Below are positions 9,313 through 20,194 of a stretch of DNA of 64,000 nt, piece by piece. Source of the DNA: Promethearchaeota archaeon (GTDB lineage Archaea; Asgardarchaeota; Lokiarchaeia; Sigyniarchaeales; SOKP01); assembly GCA_011364925.1 (NCBI GenBank), contig RDOA01000012.1, positions 1 to 64,000 of the forward strand. The letters run 5' to 3'. The translations under genes were made by a program, and so were the position numbers. Under the pieces are notes generated by a model. The model did not search any database. It had not been told where the DNA came from and worked only from the letters and a program-made list of their open reading frames with translations. Each line of letters begins with the position of its first letter. The first letter of the stretch is position 1.

Positions 9313-10182
9313 CTACTTATCTTTTGCTTTTTCGTAATATTCTATTAAGTTATTATAAACATCATGGCAAGCGATATAACCCTGAGTGGCTGCTTTCTGT
9401 AAGACTTTGTTGAGGATTTCTGGATGTTCAATATTATCACTAACACTAACATTGACATTTAATTCTCTTATATTGTAATAACTGCGATAAAAAAGAGTCG
9501 GCCAATCTACTAACGGACGGATTGTTTGATTATATGTTTTCATACCTTCTTCTGATAATACTAAATCTTGCTTTAAACTATAAGAAAGAGACTTTCCTTT
9601 TTTTACTTTTTTTAGAAATCCGTCTGAGATAATTTCGGTCATTATTTTTTTCAGATCAATTGCCTTGAGTCGAATATTAATTTTTTTAAGATTGTCTTGA
9701 ATCTCTGAAATAGATTGTTCTTTAAATTTAATTATAAAGTAATTTCTCGCAAGTATATTATATTTTAATGGCACTGTATCGTGGTCTAATTGATTATATT
9801 GGATCAAATTTCCTAAAATCTCTTTAGCGACAAAATATTTAAGAATTAATTGATCCTCTTTACTAAAATTAGTTAAAAAATCATTGGAATCTTTAAAATA
9901 AGAGTGGTATAGAGCGGTAAGGAGTGATTTAATTGCATTAACACCATCTTCGAAAGATAATTTTACAATATTTAAAGCTTCAATTCTGTAATCTATATCT
10001 GTTAGAAATTTCTCTTTCTCTATTTTTATATAACGAACCAAGTGAGGTTCTAGCTTTAAAGAAGCAAGATTCTCTTCCCATTCTTTTTTAAAGCGAAAGG
10101 ATTGCGTATTTGCAATAGTGTAGAGTTTATAAGAAACTGAATAGAGTTTATTCAAGAATTCTTCTCCAGATACATCTGTCAT
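9313..10182 (-). CDS. Hypothetical protein, possibly with an internal winged-helix segment
   Basis: 289-aa ORF; LKKIMTEIISDGFLKKVKKGKSLSYSL resembles a wHTH recognition helix and wing. Confidence 0.7.
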   Translation of the reverse strand: MTDVSGEEFLNKLYSVSYKLYTIANTQSFRFKKEWEENLASLKLEPHLVRYIKIEKEKFLTDIDYRIEALNIVKLSFEDGVNAIKSLLTALYHSYFKDSNDFLTNFSKEDQLILKYFVAKEILGNLIQYNQLDHDTVPLKYNILARNYFIIKFKEQSISEIQDNLKKINIRLKAIDLKKIMTEIISDGFLKKVKKGKSLSYSLKQDLVLSEEGMKTYNQTIRPLVDWPTLFYRSYYNIRELNVNVSVSDNIEHPEILNKVLQKAATQGYIACHDVYNNLIEYYEKAKDK

Positions 10183-10308
10183 CTACGAAACCCTTAATTT
10201 TCTTGCTCCTAATTTTTAAAATTAATAATTATTAAACGCTAAAAAGTATTAAAGTTTTTTTAAAAAAAGTATTATACTATTATAATTTAAAATCACTAAA
10301 AAAATAAG

Positions 10309-10704
10309 GTGCTAACTGACTTGAAAATTGAACATATTGCTGTTAGTTCGAATTCTATAGAAGATAGCGATACTTTTTTTATGGAACTACTAAATCTGAA
10401 AAAAGAGAGAGATTTTATTGTCTCAGAAGGCCTTATGGAACAATTTTTTGGAGTAAGAAAAACACAGCGAGTTATAAGGTATGGAAATGAAAATATTAAT
10501 GTTGAAGCTTTCATAATGGACGACGATAGTTACGCTTTAGATAAATTCACTCATACTTGTTTACAAATTGAAGATCGCGAAAGACTTATAGATAGAGCAA
10601 AAAAATTAAAGTTTAATGTGATAAAAATACCAAGAAAAAATAATGAAGGGTTTTACTTATTTTTAAAAGACAGTTTCGGTAATTTATTTGAGATTAAAGA
10701 ATAA
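10309..10704 (+). CDS. VOC/glyoxalase family protein
   Basis: IEHIAV, THTCLQI, LFLKDSFGNLFEI. Confidence 0.85.
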   Translation: MLTDLKIEHIAVSSNSIEDSDTFFMELLNLKKERDFIVSEGLMEQFFGVRKTQRVIRYGNENINVEAFIMDDDSYALDKFTHTCLQIEDRERLIDRAKKLKFNVIKIPRKNNEGFYLFLKDSFGNLFEIKE

Positions 10705-10780
10705 TAACATTTTTTAGAATAGATTTTTATTTAAACATAGGAAGTATATTAGACATATAATATGGATGTGATTAAAACAA

Positions 10781-11554
10781 ATGCCGCGATCTTTTAAGTT
10801 AAAATTAGTCTTAGGAGGGTCGCAAGGTTCAGGCAAATCCACATTCATTAGTAGTAATCAGCCCGGAAATAGCCCAATTGGCGTATCTTTTGAATCTATC
10901 GAATGTTTCGTTAATGATGGGGATCATTTCAAGTTTATTGTTTGGGATTTGAAAGACTGTGAGAGATTTAGATTCCTTTTTCCTTATTTTTGTCGAGGCG
11001 CATATGCAGGACTACTCTGTGTTGATTTATCCGATGAAGAATCATTTTCTGACTTAAATAGATGGATAACTCTTTTTAAAGAGAGTGCTGGAAATATTCC
11101 AATAATATTAATTGGGACAAAATCTGATTTGGGTGCGTTTCAAGAGCAAGAGGAACTTATTAAAGATTTAGTTGTTAAAGAGGGACTTGAGTATGTAGGA
11201 CCATCTTCTATGCTAAATATGGAGGAAAAACTAAACGAAGTGTTTACAACATTAATTCAAAAGCTTGTTCCAAATATTTCTATAGATTACTTTCATATTT
11301 CTAAAAAGGAAGATGATGAAGAATTTAAGATTTTAGAAAGGTTTTTTGATCATTGTCCTATATGTAAAAAGGTGAACCATCACAGCGCAAACTTGAAAAG
11401 AATTTACGCTAACAAAACTAATCCTAACACCATGGGATTAAGAGAAAATCTTCTAAGATTAGTAGATAACCTAGATATCATTAAATATGAATATCCAAAT
11501 CGAATTAGCGTAGGTATTCCTTGTTGTGAGTGTTATAAAAAATTATTCAATTAG
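10781..11554 (+). CDS. Ras/Rab-like small GTPase (degenerate G3) fused to a C-terminal Zn-binding domain
   Basis: G1 GSQGSGKST, WDLKD in place of DxxG, ERFR...YFCRGA, G4 GTKSD; C-terminal CPIC and CCEC. Confidence 0.8.
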   Translation: MPRSFKLKLVLGGSQGSGKSTFISSNQPGNSPIGVSFESIECFVNDGDHFKFIVWDLKDCERFRFLFPYFCRGAYAGLLCVDLSDEESFSDLNRWITLFKESAGNIPIILIGTKSDLGAFQEQEELIKDLVVKEGLEYVGPSSMLNMEEKLNEVFTTLIQKLVPNISIDYFHISKKEDDEEFKILERFFDHCPICKKVNHHSANLKRIYANKTNPNTMGLRENLLRLVDNLDIIKYEYPNRISVGIPCCECYKKLFN

Positions 11555-11558
11555 TTTA

Positions 11559-12365
11559 TTAGTCATCCCATACAACAGAGCTCAGTAAATGTTCTATACG
11601 CGTTCGACGGGGTCTCACAAACTTTGTTCGACTCAACTTTCTTTCTAAAAGAAGAGTTCGTTCGAGATTAGTAGAGTTTACTATCGATACTTCCAAATCT
11701 CCCTCATTTAGAATAATATGATTGAAGCATGGTTTGTCATCAGCTCGAACTTTATTAGAAGTAGAAGTCCCACAGTAGAGGAATGTCGTTGGTCCAATAA
11801 CATATGCATGTGGTACATGTCTATGTCCCATTAATACTAGATCAATTTCAAATAGTTGAGTAAATTCAATGATTTCACCAGCATCTCTCACAGTAGTGAA
11901 TTTCTGTCCAGAAAGAGGAACTGGTATCAAGTGATGATGGAGTGCTAATACTCTATTTTCGAGGTTTTTATCGAAACACCTACCGCAAAAATCAAGTTGT
12001 TCATCTCCAATCATTCCTTCACTCATATCATCCCTTGCTGAACAGAGTCCTACAATGATTGTATCTAATCCTTCTAATATTAGTCTAGAACGCCGTGGTC
12101 CAATTATTTTCTCAAAATATATTAACCCTGAATTTTTAGCGTCGTGATTCCCCGGAACTATTAACATTTTGGTAATATTTCTAATTCTCTGGATATAGGG
12201 AAGAATCGCAAGGAATTGTCGAACTCTTCCTTTATGAACTAAATCCCCTGTACAGACTACAGCGTCGGGTTTATTGTCCTCAATATATCCAATGATATTT
12301 TCCATACATTCAGGGATAAACTCAGAGCCATAATGCCAATCACTTATTTGTATGATGTCAACCAT
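11559..12365 (-). CDS. Calcineurin-like metallophosphoesterase (Icc/CpdA-like)
   Basis: SDWH, GDLV, GNHD, HH, GHRH. Confidence 0.92.
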   Translation of the reverse strand: MVDIIQISDWHYGSEFIPECMENIIGYIEDNKPDAVVCTGDLVHKGRVRQFLAILPYIQRIRNITKMLIVPGNHDAKNSGLIYFEKIIGPRRSRLILEGLDTIIVGLCSARDDMSEGMIGDEQLDFCGRCFDKNLENRVLALHHHLIPVPLSGQKFTTVRDAGEIIEFTQLFEIDLVLMGHRHVPHAYVIGPTTFLYCGTSTSNKVRADDKPCFNHIILNEGDLEVSIVNSTNLERTLLLERKLSRTKFVRPRRTRIEHLLSSVVWDD

Positions 12366-12693
12366 GTATGCATTACCTTTAACAATATCCTATTTAATAG
12401 GTGTTTTAATGCATATTAAATTTTAAACTATATTAAAGAAATTTAATTTAGTTTAGAAATAGTTTTAGTAAATAACACAAAATAATAAAAATCTGTTCTC
12501 AAATCGAGTTAAAATGACTAAAAAATCACTGAAAACTTAATTGTTCATTTAATATAGTATGCGTTTTTCTAGATTGAGATATATTTTCCAGTATAATTTT
12601 ATCCTTACAGTTAACGCATATATTTCCTAGTTTTAAATATCGAATGTTTTTACACTCTGGACAAAAAAACTTATCATATATTATTTTCATTTT

Positions 12694-12912
12694 CTAAATT
12701 TCACCTTTTAATTTAATTATTTTTCTTATATCATCGTAAATGCGATTTAGGGTGTTATCAATTGATCTTTCAAGTGGAGTACTCGAAACTTTACTTTTTA
12801 AGCTAATGTAATCATTCTTTTGAGCCTCTAAATTTAATGCAATTTCATTAAACATATTTATCACATCTTTTTCTCTTTTAAATATTAATATCTTGTAAAG
12901 CTTAAAATTCAT
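12694..12912 (-). CDS. Small hypothetical protein (start may be the internal ATG near 12855)
   Basis: 72-aa ORF with amphipathic helical character in an otherwise empty gap. Confidence 0.35.
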   Translation of the reverse strand: MNFKLYKILIFKREKDVINMFNEIALNLEAQKNDYISLKSKVSSTPLERSIDNTLNRIYDDIRKIIKLKGEI

Positions 12913-13007
12913 TTCACCATAGAATATAGTGAATATATTGATCTATATAGATGGAAATTAAGAGTTTAGAGAGAGACAATGTAAAAAATTACAAGTATTA
13001 ATTTTGC

Positions 13008-15971
13008 CTATATATTTAACTTTTCTTTTAATTTTGTTATTACATTTAGGGAACTTGTCTCTTTTTTATCAACGAGGCCTTGTCCATAATCTGCACGACC
13101 TCCACCTTTTCCTTCAAAATGTTCAACCACTTCTTTAACTAAATTACCAATATTTAGATTCAACTTATTAAAAATATCCTTACTCGCCATGCCTAAAACT
13201 TCAATCCCCTTCTTGTTTTTATCTACAAATAGGGTTATTATAGGCTCTTCTTTTTTATGGACTCGTTTACTTAGATTCTGGAGATCTTTCAATGTGATAT
13301 CCTCAAAAGAATTAATTAGTAATTTAACATCCTTGTAGAGCACTGCCTTTTTAATTAGATCACTAACATATTCATCGCTTAGTAAATTCCCTACATTCTT
13401 CAGTTTTGTTTTAGCATCGTTCCACTCTTTAAATAATTTCTTCACTTTTTTTGGAATATCTTCCTTTTTAGTGTTGAGTATCCTAGATAATTCCGTTAAG
13501 AGTTCTACTTCAACCATTTTAGTAGATTTTAAAACCATGTCGCTTTCATTGAATTTTCCCGTTTGTATTGCTTTATTTAAATTCTTCCATTTGTCTAATA
13601 ATTCTTCAACTCTCCCTACAATTTTACTCTGGCTCACTTCCAATAATGATTCTAATTGAGAAAGAATAAGCGAATCTTCTACTTCTAATTCTTTTGTGGC
13701 AGAACCAGCAGTAAAAGTCAATCTTACTATACCATCTTGAATCTTTTGTGATTTAATTAGTTTAATTCTTCCCGCTTCTGATGTGTTATTTAAGTGAGTT
13801 CCACCACAGGCTTCAACATCTACTCCTGGGATCTCAACAATCCTGATATTTTTACCAGGTACTGCACCTCCTTGATAAATTGTCATCCCGTATTTTTGTT
13901 CGGCTTCTGTTCGAGGAAGGAAAGAAAGCTTCATCTCAATTGCCTTCTTAACGATCTCGTTTGCTTTGTTCTCTATTTTGAGTAGATCTTTTCTCGTTAT
14001 TTGTTTATAATGGGTGATGTCCAAGGTGGAATGCTTCACAGTCTTCTTAGCTCCAGCTTGATTAACATGAGCTCCCAGTATAGAACGAGCAGCAGCATTA
14101 ACAATATGAGTTGCAGTATGGTGTTGTGAGAGTTGCGTGCGCCATTCTTTATCAACTTCTACCTTTACTACATCGCCTTCCTTAAATTTTGGTTTCTCTG
14201 ATAAAATGTGTATTATGTAATTACCTTGTTTTATTACATTATTGAATTTTTGACCATTTATCGTTCCAATATCATGTAATTGACCTCCTGAAGTAGGATA
14301 GGCGACAGACTGGTCAAGAATCACTTTATTATCCACAATCTTTAAAACTTTAGCTTTGTTTGTTGTTTTTGTGTAGTCGTTATAATAAAGAGATTTAGTC
14401 TCCAAATCACCGTTAAAATCTATTTTAGTTTCTTCTTGAGCTGTGTCGAGCTGTTCTTTCTTTTCGTGTCTTTCTACTACTAGACTGTAAAAATTATCGG
14501 GGATTCTTACTGTTCTACCGAATTTTTTTGCGGTTTCTTTTACCATCTCTGGATTAATTCCTCTTGAGTCATAGATTTCAATCAAGGTTTCAGTCGAAAT
14601 ATCTCCTTTAGTAAATAACTTCTCCAAAATTTTACTAGCTTTCTTCTTAGTCGCATAATATTTCTCCTTTTCAACGATTAAAATCTTCTTAACATCATCC
14701 AATCGTTCAGAGACTTCAGGGAAAAGGTCTTTTAGTTCCTCCGCGTGCCATCTGCACACTTCTGAAAGATCTAGCTCCCATCCGAATTTATCAATAAAAC
14801 TTATCGCGCGCCTTAAAATAACTCTAAGGTTATATCCACCGCCCACATTAGATGGTAGCTTCCCATCATTAATCGCAAATAATAATGTTCTTGTATGGTC
14901 GGCAATTGAGTAGATAGCAGTCATAGGCATAACCTTTTCTTGTAAATCTTTTTTATCCATTTTTAATTCTGCTGATACTCTATCCCAGGCAGCGTCCATA
15001 TCGTCAACTTCATCCATATTTAAATACGCAGAGTATCGTGAGAATTCGTCGTATAAATCAAAATCTATTTTAATTTTGGTTAAGTCTTTTAATTTAGTTA
15101 ATACATATGGAAAGATGGCTTCATACATGTTTGGAGTACCTTGTGAAAACCAAGTAACGCGCTCTTGCCCCAATCCCATATCAAGGACTTTAAGTTTTAA
15201 CTCTTGAGGGCCTTCAGGTGTTTGCTCGAACATTGTGTAGACTTGATTAAAAAGTTCCACACCTCTACTAAAAAATTCGAGACTACAACCAAACGAGCCA
15301 CCTCCTGCCCAACTATCTTCATGAATTGTAATTTCTTCTTTTGGTAACCCTATACCCTCATGAATAAAAGCATGGATATCTAAAAAAAGTTCACCTTGGT
15401 TCCATTCTTCTGGTTGTACAAAAACATGCTGACCAATCATTACAAAACCAGTATTGTGTGAGCCTGTTAAGCCTACATTCTCAATGTCATTAAATCTCAA
15501 ACAAAATTGTGGTATGATAATTTTTTTTGCAGGTGGTTCGACTTCACCCGTAATAACATAAGGTTGAAAAGCTGATATCGATGCTATGGTGAATTCTGAT
15601 GTGGGATTCCATCTCGCCACGCATGGATATCTTTTGATTGGTAAATATCCTCTAGGTTCTAATATTTCGACAAATTTTTGCCATACGCCTACAAAAGAAA
15701 GTTTCACTTTAGCAGGATTATTAGTAGTTACTTGAAATCCACCAGAACATACTGGTTCTCCGCACACAGTTCTTTCTTTTAGCATAGTCCAGAAGTAATT
15801 GCCGCAACAATCACAGTGCTTTCTCATGTATCCTAACTGTCTTAGTTCTTGGGTTGGGAAATAATTATCTGGATTCTTAGATGCTATTATTTTAAATATT
15901 TTTTTTAGCTCCTTGTCGTTAGTAGCGTCTTTCAATTGTAATCTTTCTTCATTGGATAACATATGAATCAA
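13008..15971 (-). CDS. alaS: Alanine--tRNA ligase, archaeal type
   Basis: N-terminal CxxC Zn finger, ARW...FTIASI, DMGLGQER, ADHTR, editing motifs HHTATH and CGGTH, C-Ala GKGGG. Confidence 0.97.
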   Translation of the reverse strand: MIHMLSNEERLQLKDATNDKELKKIFKIIASKNPDNYFPTQELRQLGYMRKHCDCCGNYFWTMLKERTVCGEPVCSGGFQVTTNNPAKVKLSFVGVWQKFVEILEPRGYLPIKRYPCVARWNPTSEFTIASISAFQPYVITGEVEPPAKKIIIPQFCLRFNDIENVGLTGSHNTGFVMIGQHVFVQPEEWNQGELFLDIHAFIHEGIGLPKEEITIHEDSWAGGGSFGCSLEFFSRGVELFNQVYTMFEQTPEGPQELKLKVLDMGLGQERVTWFSQGTPNMYEAIFPYVLTKLKDLTKIKIDFDLYDEFSRYSAYLNMDEVDDMDAAWDRVSAELKMDKKDLQEKVMPMTAIYSIADHTRTLLFAINDGKLPSNVGGGYNLRVILRRAISFIDKFGWELDLSEVCRWHAEELKDLFPEVSERLDDVKKILIVEKEKYYATKKKASKILEKLFTKGDISTETLIEIYDSRGINPEMVKETAKKFGRTVRIPDNFYSLVVERHEKKEQLDTAQEETKIDFNGDLETKSLYYNDYTKTTNKAKVLKIVDNKVILDQSVAYPTSGGQLHDIGTINGQKFNNVIKQGNYIIHILSEKPKFKEGDVVKVEVDKEWRTQLSQHHTATHIVNAAARSILGAHVNQAGAKKTVKHSTLDITHYKQITRKDLLKIENKANEIVKKAIEMKLSFLPRTEAEQKYGMTIYQGGAVPGKNIRIVEIPGVDVEACGGTHLNNTSEAGRIKLIKSQKIQDGIVRLTFTAGSATKELEVEDSLILSQLESLLEVSQSKIVGRVEELLDKWKNLNKAIQTGKFNESDMVLKSTKMVEVELLTELSRILNTKKEDIPKKVKKLFKEWNDAKTKLKNVGNLLSDEYVSDLIKKAVLYKDVKLLINSFEDITLKDLQNLSKRVHKKEEPIITLFVDKNKKGIEVLGMASKDIFNKLNLNIGNLVKEVVEHFEGKGGGRADYGQGLVDKKETSSLNVITKLKEKLNI

Positions 15972-16161
15972 AAGCGAAGGTTTGATAATCGTCTAATATT
16001 TTTAATTAATACAATTAATGACATCCTAAAATCTTTTTCTCTTAATTATGGATATTAAATCTGATGGAGATATTGTTTTTTACGAAATTGTAAAATCTTT
16101 TATATAGGAGTAAGATAATAAATCGTAACTTTATGAATACATGATAGAGAGGTGAAAATAT

Positions 16162-16470
16162 ATGGTAAAAATAATGATGGTCGCTAAATACCCTCCTCAT
16201 AAATTAAACGAAATAATTAAAACTTATATGAGAACTGACAAACCAGCTTACCCAGATTTTTTGAAGAAGGTAGAACACTGGGCTGCACAAATTACTGACG
16301 ACAAACAGAAAACATACGCAGTATATGAATGTCCAGACGATAAGATTATTGAAAGTATGACTGCTCTAGCTAAAAGATTCAATTTCTATGCGACTGTAGA
16401 AGGATATACATTTAAAATGGAACTTCTTATGGAAGCCGAAGCTGCCATTAAAGAGTTTTTAAAAAAGTAG
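16162..16470 (+). CDS. Small ferredoxin-like-fold hypothetical protein
   Basis: 102-aa ORF with strong GAGGTGA ribosome-binding site. Confidence 0.7.
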   Translation: MVKIMMVAKYPPHKLNEIIKTYMRTDKPAYPDFLKKVEHWAAQITDDKQKTYAVYECPDDKIIESMTALAKRFNFYATVEGYTFKMELLMEAEAAIKEFLKK

Positions 16471-16510
16471 GTCTTAATAAATAATATAAAATTTTTTTAA
16501 TTTTTTGATT

Positions 16511-16951
16511 TTATTCTAACTTCAAAATTTGGAGTCGCGAATATCCTTCCTTTATGAAATCATAATCTAGGAGCTCTATCTTTTCTGGGATTATTTTCAA
16601 GAGGAGTTTTCGTTTTCCTCGGACAATTTTTTGAGCTTTATCAAACTCTTCGTCTCCTTCCCTCAAAAAAAGGAGGCGATCTTTCCCTGAGGCTGTAATC
16701 TGTATACCCTGTATTTTACCCGTATTCATCGGAGTATATATACCAATACTGATGTTTGGATTTTCTTCGATATTCTTTACTTTTTTCCCGGGAGCAGGAC
16801 CTACATAGATATTAAAATCATTAGAATTCTTATCCATGTAAAAATCCATGGGTGTTGCTCTCGGTATCTTATCCGAACAAGTACAAAGTACAAGCACCTT
16901 TCTCTCTTTTAAAAATTTTCTTATCTCTTTTTTTAAATCTTCCTCGGGCAT
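16511..16951 (-). CDS. Pyridoxamine 5'-phosphate oxidase-like FMN/F420-binding split-barrel protein
   Basis: VLCT...PRATPM...KKVKNIEENPNISI. Confidence 0.82.
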   Translation of the reverse strand: MPEEDLKKEIRKFLKERKVLVLCTCSDKIPRATPMDFYMDKNSNDFNIYVGPAPGKKVKNIEENPNISIGIYTPMNTGKIQGIQITASGKDRLLFLREGDEEFDKAQKIVRGKRKLLLKIIPEKIELLDYDFIKEGYSRLQILKLE

Positions 16952-17074
16952 TACATTTCCTATGATAAAATCACCTTATATCAGTTAATATTCGTATAAG
17001 ATTTTCAAAAAGAAAAGCTTAATGATAACAAGGTCGATTTTACGAAATACTACATACTTAATTCTATTTTAAAG

Positions 17075-18211
17075 CTATCTTAAGCTATATAATGGAAATT
17101 CAGTTCCATTTACTGCCGCTTGCACATATGGAGAGATTGGGCCTCGACCTAAAGCCATTATTCTTATCTTAGATCCTAATGATGGATTTAGGGAAGTCCC
17201 GAATTTAAGTGAAGCTTCTTCAGGAATTTCACTTGATATTGTTGAGATAATTCTATCAATTTTAGACAAAGATAATTGATGATCTCCCGAAACTGAAACA
17301 ATGCATTTGTCAACTTTCTTAGTGTCGGGTTCTAAGAGAGGATTATGCAGTGCCAATTTTGACTTTTTTATAAGATCAGCTTCTTCCCCTAGAGATTCAG
17401 TTATACCGATTAATCCTGAAGGTAAATCCCCCTTTTTTTCAAGAACTTTTCTTACATCAGCGTAATCAATGTTTATCAGACCACAGTTATTAATTAAGCC
17501 AATTATTTCTTTTATAGACCTAATTAAAACTTCGTCCATTACCTTAAACCCAGCTAAAATTGGCAATTTTTGGTTAAAACGAAGTAGATTATCGTTTGGA
17601 ATAGGTATTAAGGTATCAGAATATTTAATTAGTTCTTTTAAACCTTTACTTGCTCTTAATCTTCTTTCTGTTCCTTCGGATGTAAAGGGAACCGAACAGA
17701 AAGAAACAATGGTTGCCTTATTCTTTTTTGCTTCTCGGGCAATAACAGGTGCTGCCCCAGTACCAGTGCCTCCTCCCAAGCCAAATGTTAAAAACACAAC
17801 ATCAGCGTTTAACACTTGAGATAGGCGATCGACATCCTCCTCAGCTGCAGCATTACCAATACTAGGATCGTTTCCTGACCCTAAACCGTTACATGTTTCC
17901 TTTCCAATTAATAATTTTTGATTTGAGCTAGAATAATACAAATCATGTGCATCAGTATTGATATTTAGAGTTTCAACAAATTCTGAATCTATGTCCTGCA
18001 TTCGAGAAACAGTATTATTACCGGCTCCACCCACCCCAATGACTAACGATTTTATTTTTAAAACTTTCAATAAATCAGAAAGGTACGTATCATTATCTAA
18101 ATTCGAAGAATTATTAGAATTCACATTATGATGGGCAATTTCGTTAAATCTAGATCTTACCGATACTCGTGAGTTTACGATTTCGCTTATATCAAAGGTA
18201 TCTTCATCCAT
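17075..18211 (-). CDS. ftsZ: Cell division GTPase FtsZ
   Basis: GVGGAGNN, NTD, GLGSGNDP, GLGGGTGTGAAP, PFTSEG, T7 loop GLINIDYADV. Confidence 0.94.
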   Translation of the reverse strand: MDEDTFDISEIVNSRVSVRSRFNEIAHHNVNSNNSSNLDNDTYLSDLLKVLKIKSLVIGVGGAGNNTVSRMQDIDSEFVETLNINTDAHDLYYSSSNQKLLIGKETCNGLGSGNDPSIGNAAAEEDVDRLSQVLNADVVFLTFGLGGGTGTGAAPVIAREAKKNKATIVSFCSVPFTSEGTERRLRASKGLKELIKYSDTLIPIPNDNLLRFNQKLPILAGFKVMDEVLIRSIKEIIGLINNCGLINIDYADVRKVLEKKGDLPSGLIGITESLGEEADLIKKSKLALHNPLLEPDTKKVDKCIVSVSGDHQLSLSKIDRIISTISSEIPEEASLKFGTSLNPSLGSKIRIMALGRGPISPYVQAAVNGTEFPLYSLR

Positions 18212-18548
18212 AAAAAGTTATCTCTAAGAGGAATAATTAGTTAATAATATGTGTATTATATCCAAGTAATATAAGGAAGTAATATGCATGTAATATTAGG
18301 AAAACATGCGACAAACATCCTATTCAAATTTTCTTTGGTTTCATGATAATTTTTAAAAAGAAAAAATTTCAACACCTTTATTGTTAAAATTTTTAAAACT
18401 AAATATTCTAAAAATTTAGAGAAATAAGGAACTAATTACTCTTTTTATTCAACTTAGTTAAGTGTCCGTAAGTATAAAAATATAAAAAGCCGAGTGCAAA
18501 AATTTAAAAGACTGAAGACTATGTTATATATGCTCGGGGTTAACAATT

Positions 18549-18788
18549 ATGGAAATTGAAATGAATAACAACGCAACTGAAACTTCTTTCAATGATTCAG
18601 AAAGGGAGGATTTAATCAAAGTCAGAGCTATAATTAGTTGCCCTTCTGGAGATTATAAGAAAAAGTTTAGAAATGAATTTCCTAGAAAAGATCTGGAGCT
18701 CATGGTCGTTGCTTTCAAAATCTTTGATTTTATGACTTGTTCTAAATGTGGTGAACTCTTAAATCTTAACCTCGAATTTGAAATCTGA
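18549..18788 (+). CDS. Small putative Zn-ribbon protein
   Basis: CPSG...CSKCG. Confidence 0.55.
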   Translation: MEIEMNNNATETSFNDSEREDLIKVRAIISCPSGDYKKKFRNEFPRKDLELMVVAFKIFDFMTCSKCGELLNLNLEFEI

Positions 18789-18859
18789 TTTGTTTAATTA
18801 AGAGTTGGGTTAAATCTATATAAAAGTGAACATAACTCTTGTCCCAATCCTTAGAATAA

Positions 18860-20170
18860 CTAAATACTAAGTTTAATCTGCCCATAGGTTCCACCTCCCC
18901 CGGGAGTGTATTCTATTTTATCTTGCCTTATTGCTTCTATAACAAATCCAACTCTTTCGTCGTATTTTTTGATATCTTCAATTGGAACGTTTAATATAAT
19001 ATCAAATTCTGTTCCTAGTTTTTCAATTATATTATTATATGCGTTCATCACGGTTGTACTTGAAGCACTTTTAATATTTTTAACAGAACGAATGATATCT
19101 ATTAATGGTACAGCGTTTATATAAGACGGTCGATGTTCGGGGTGAATAGGCACTCTTGATGTAGAAATCACTTCAATTCTCTCACTTACTCCTAATTTAA
19201 TCTTAACATTTTTTGTAAATTTTTCCTTGCAAGCAGGACAGGTCATTCTTTCTTTAGCGACATTTTCGATATATTCTTGTTTAGATTTAATAGGATCGTT
19301 TGTAATGATTTTAATAAACTCGTCTGATATTGCGTATTGATTAAAAAGAGAATTGCCTTGTTTTGCAGTCTTTTTGAATAATATTCTTCTTCTACATTTA
19401 TTGCAGAACATATTGTAATATTTTCCTAACTTAGGGTGAAGTCCTACATTTAAATTAACTTTACGTCTACTTTTTCCCTCAATCGCTAAAACTACCTCTT
19501 CAAAAGAGGGATTTTCCATAGTAAGTCTGTTAAATTCTCTACCTAAGGATCTAGGACTTTCAGAATGAGCATCACTATTACTTAAGAATGTGATATGTTT
19601 AAGACAATCTAACCTATCTGCTAAATCTGTATTAGCGGATAATCCTAACTCTAAAAAGCTCACTTTTTTTGTAGCATCTTGATAACATTCTTCAAGTGTT
19701 TTGAATTTATTTTGACGAAATATAGCTTTAAATGGTGTAAAAGCGTGTGCGGGTCCAATAATCGCTCCATAATCGGTGATTATATCCACAAGCTCGGCCG
19801 GACTTAAGTTTACTCTTGGACGACCTCCCCATTCATCCAAGATATTTTTTGAATAAGAACTAATCTTTTTTTGAACATCTCTTACCGAAGAAAAATTGGG
19901 AAAGAAAACTACTTGATGAACGCTTTCTTGGTCTTCAATTTCAGTTTGTAAGATGAAATATACACCTTTATACGAAAGTGATCCGTCATTTTCCTTTATC
20001 AAGTTTTTTTCTAAATATTTTAACCAATTTGGTTGTAATACATCTCCGGTTCCAAGGATATCAAGTCCTTTTTTCTTACATGTTTCAACCATTGTATCTA
20101 AATTTAAATTTTTTGATACTGCTATTGAATGAGGAGAATGGATATGTAAATCAGAATTGAAAGACTCCAT
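18860..20170 (-). CDS. PHP-domain protein, endonuclease Q / TIGR00375-like
   Basis: DLHIHS, GTGD, GPAHAFTP, ELGLS, SNSDAHS, LGREFN, GKY, Zn finger, GGGGTYG. Confidence 0.88.
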   Translation of the reverse strand: MESFNSDLHIHSPHSIAVSKNLNLDTMVETCKKKGLDILGTGDVLQPNWLKYLEKNLIKENDGSLSYKGVYFILQTEIEDQESVHQVVFFPNFSSVRDVQKKISSYSKNILDEWGGRPRVNLSPAELVDIITDYGAIIGPAHAFTPFKAIFRQNKFKTLEECYQDATKKVSFLELGLSANTDLADRLDCLKHITFLSNSDAHSESPRSLGREFNRLTMENPSFEEVVLAIEGKSRRKVNLNVGLHPKLGKYYNMFCNKCRRRILFKKTAKQGNSLFNQYAISDEFIKIITNDPIKSKQEYIENVAKERMTCPACKEKFTKNVKIKLGVSERIEVISTSRVPIHPEHRPSYINAVPLIDIIRSVKNIKSASSTTVMNAYNNIIEKLGTEFDIILNVPIEDIKKYDERVGFVIEAIRQDKIEYTPGGGGTYGQIKLSI

Positions 20171-20194
20171 CAGTTCATCAAAAAATTCAATCCA

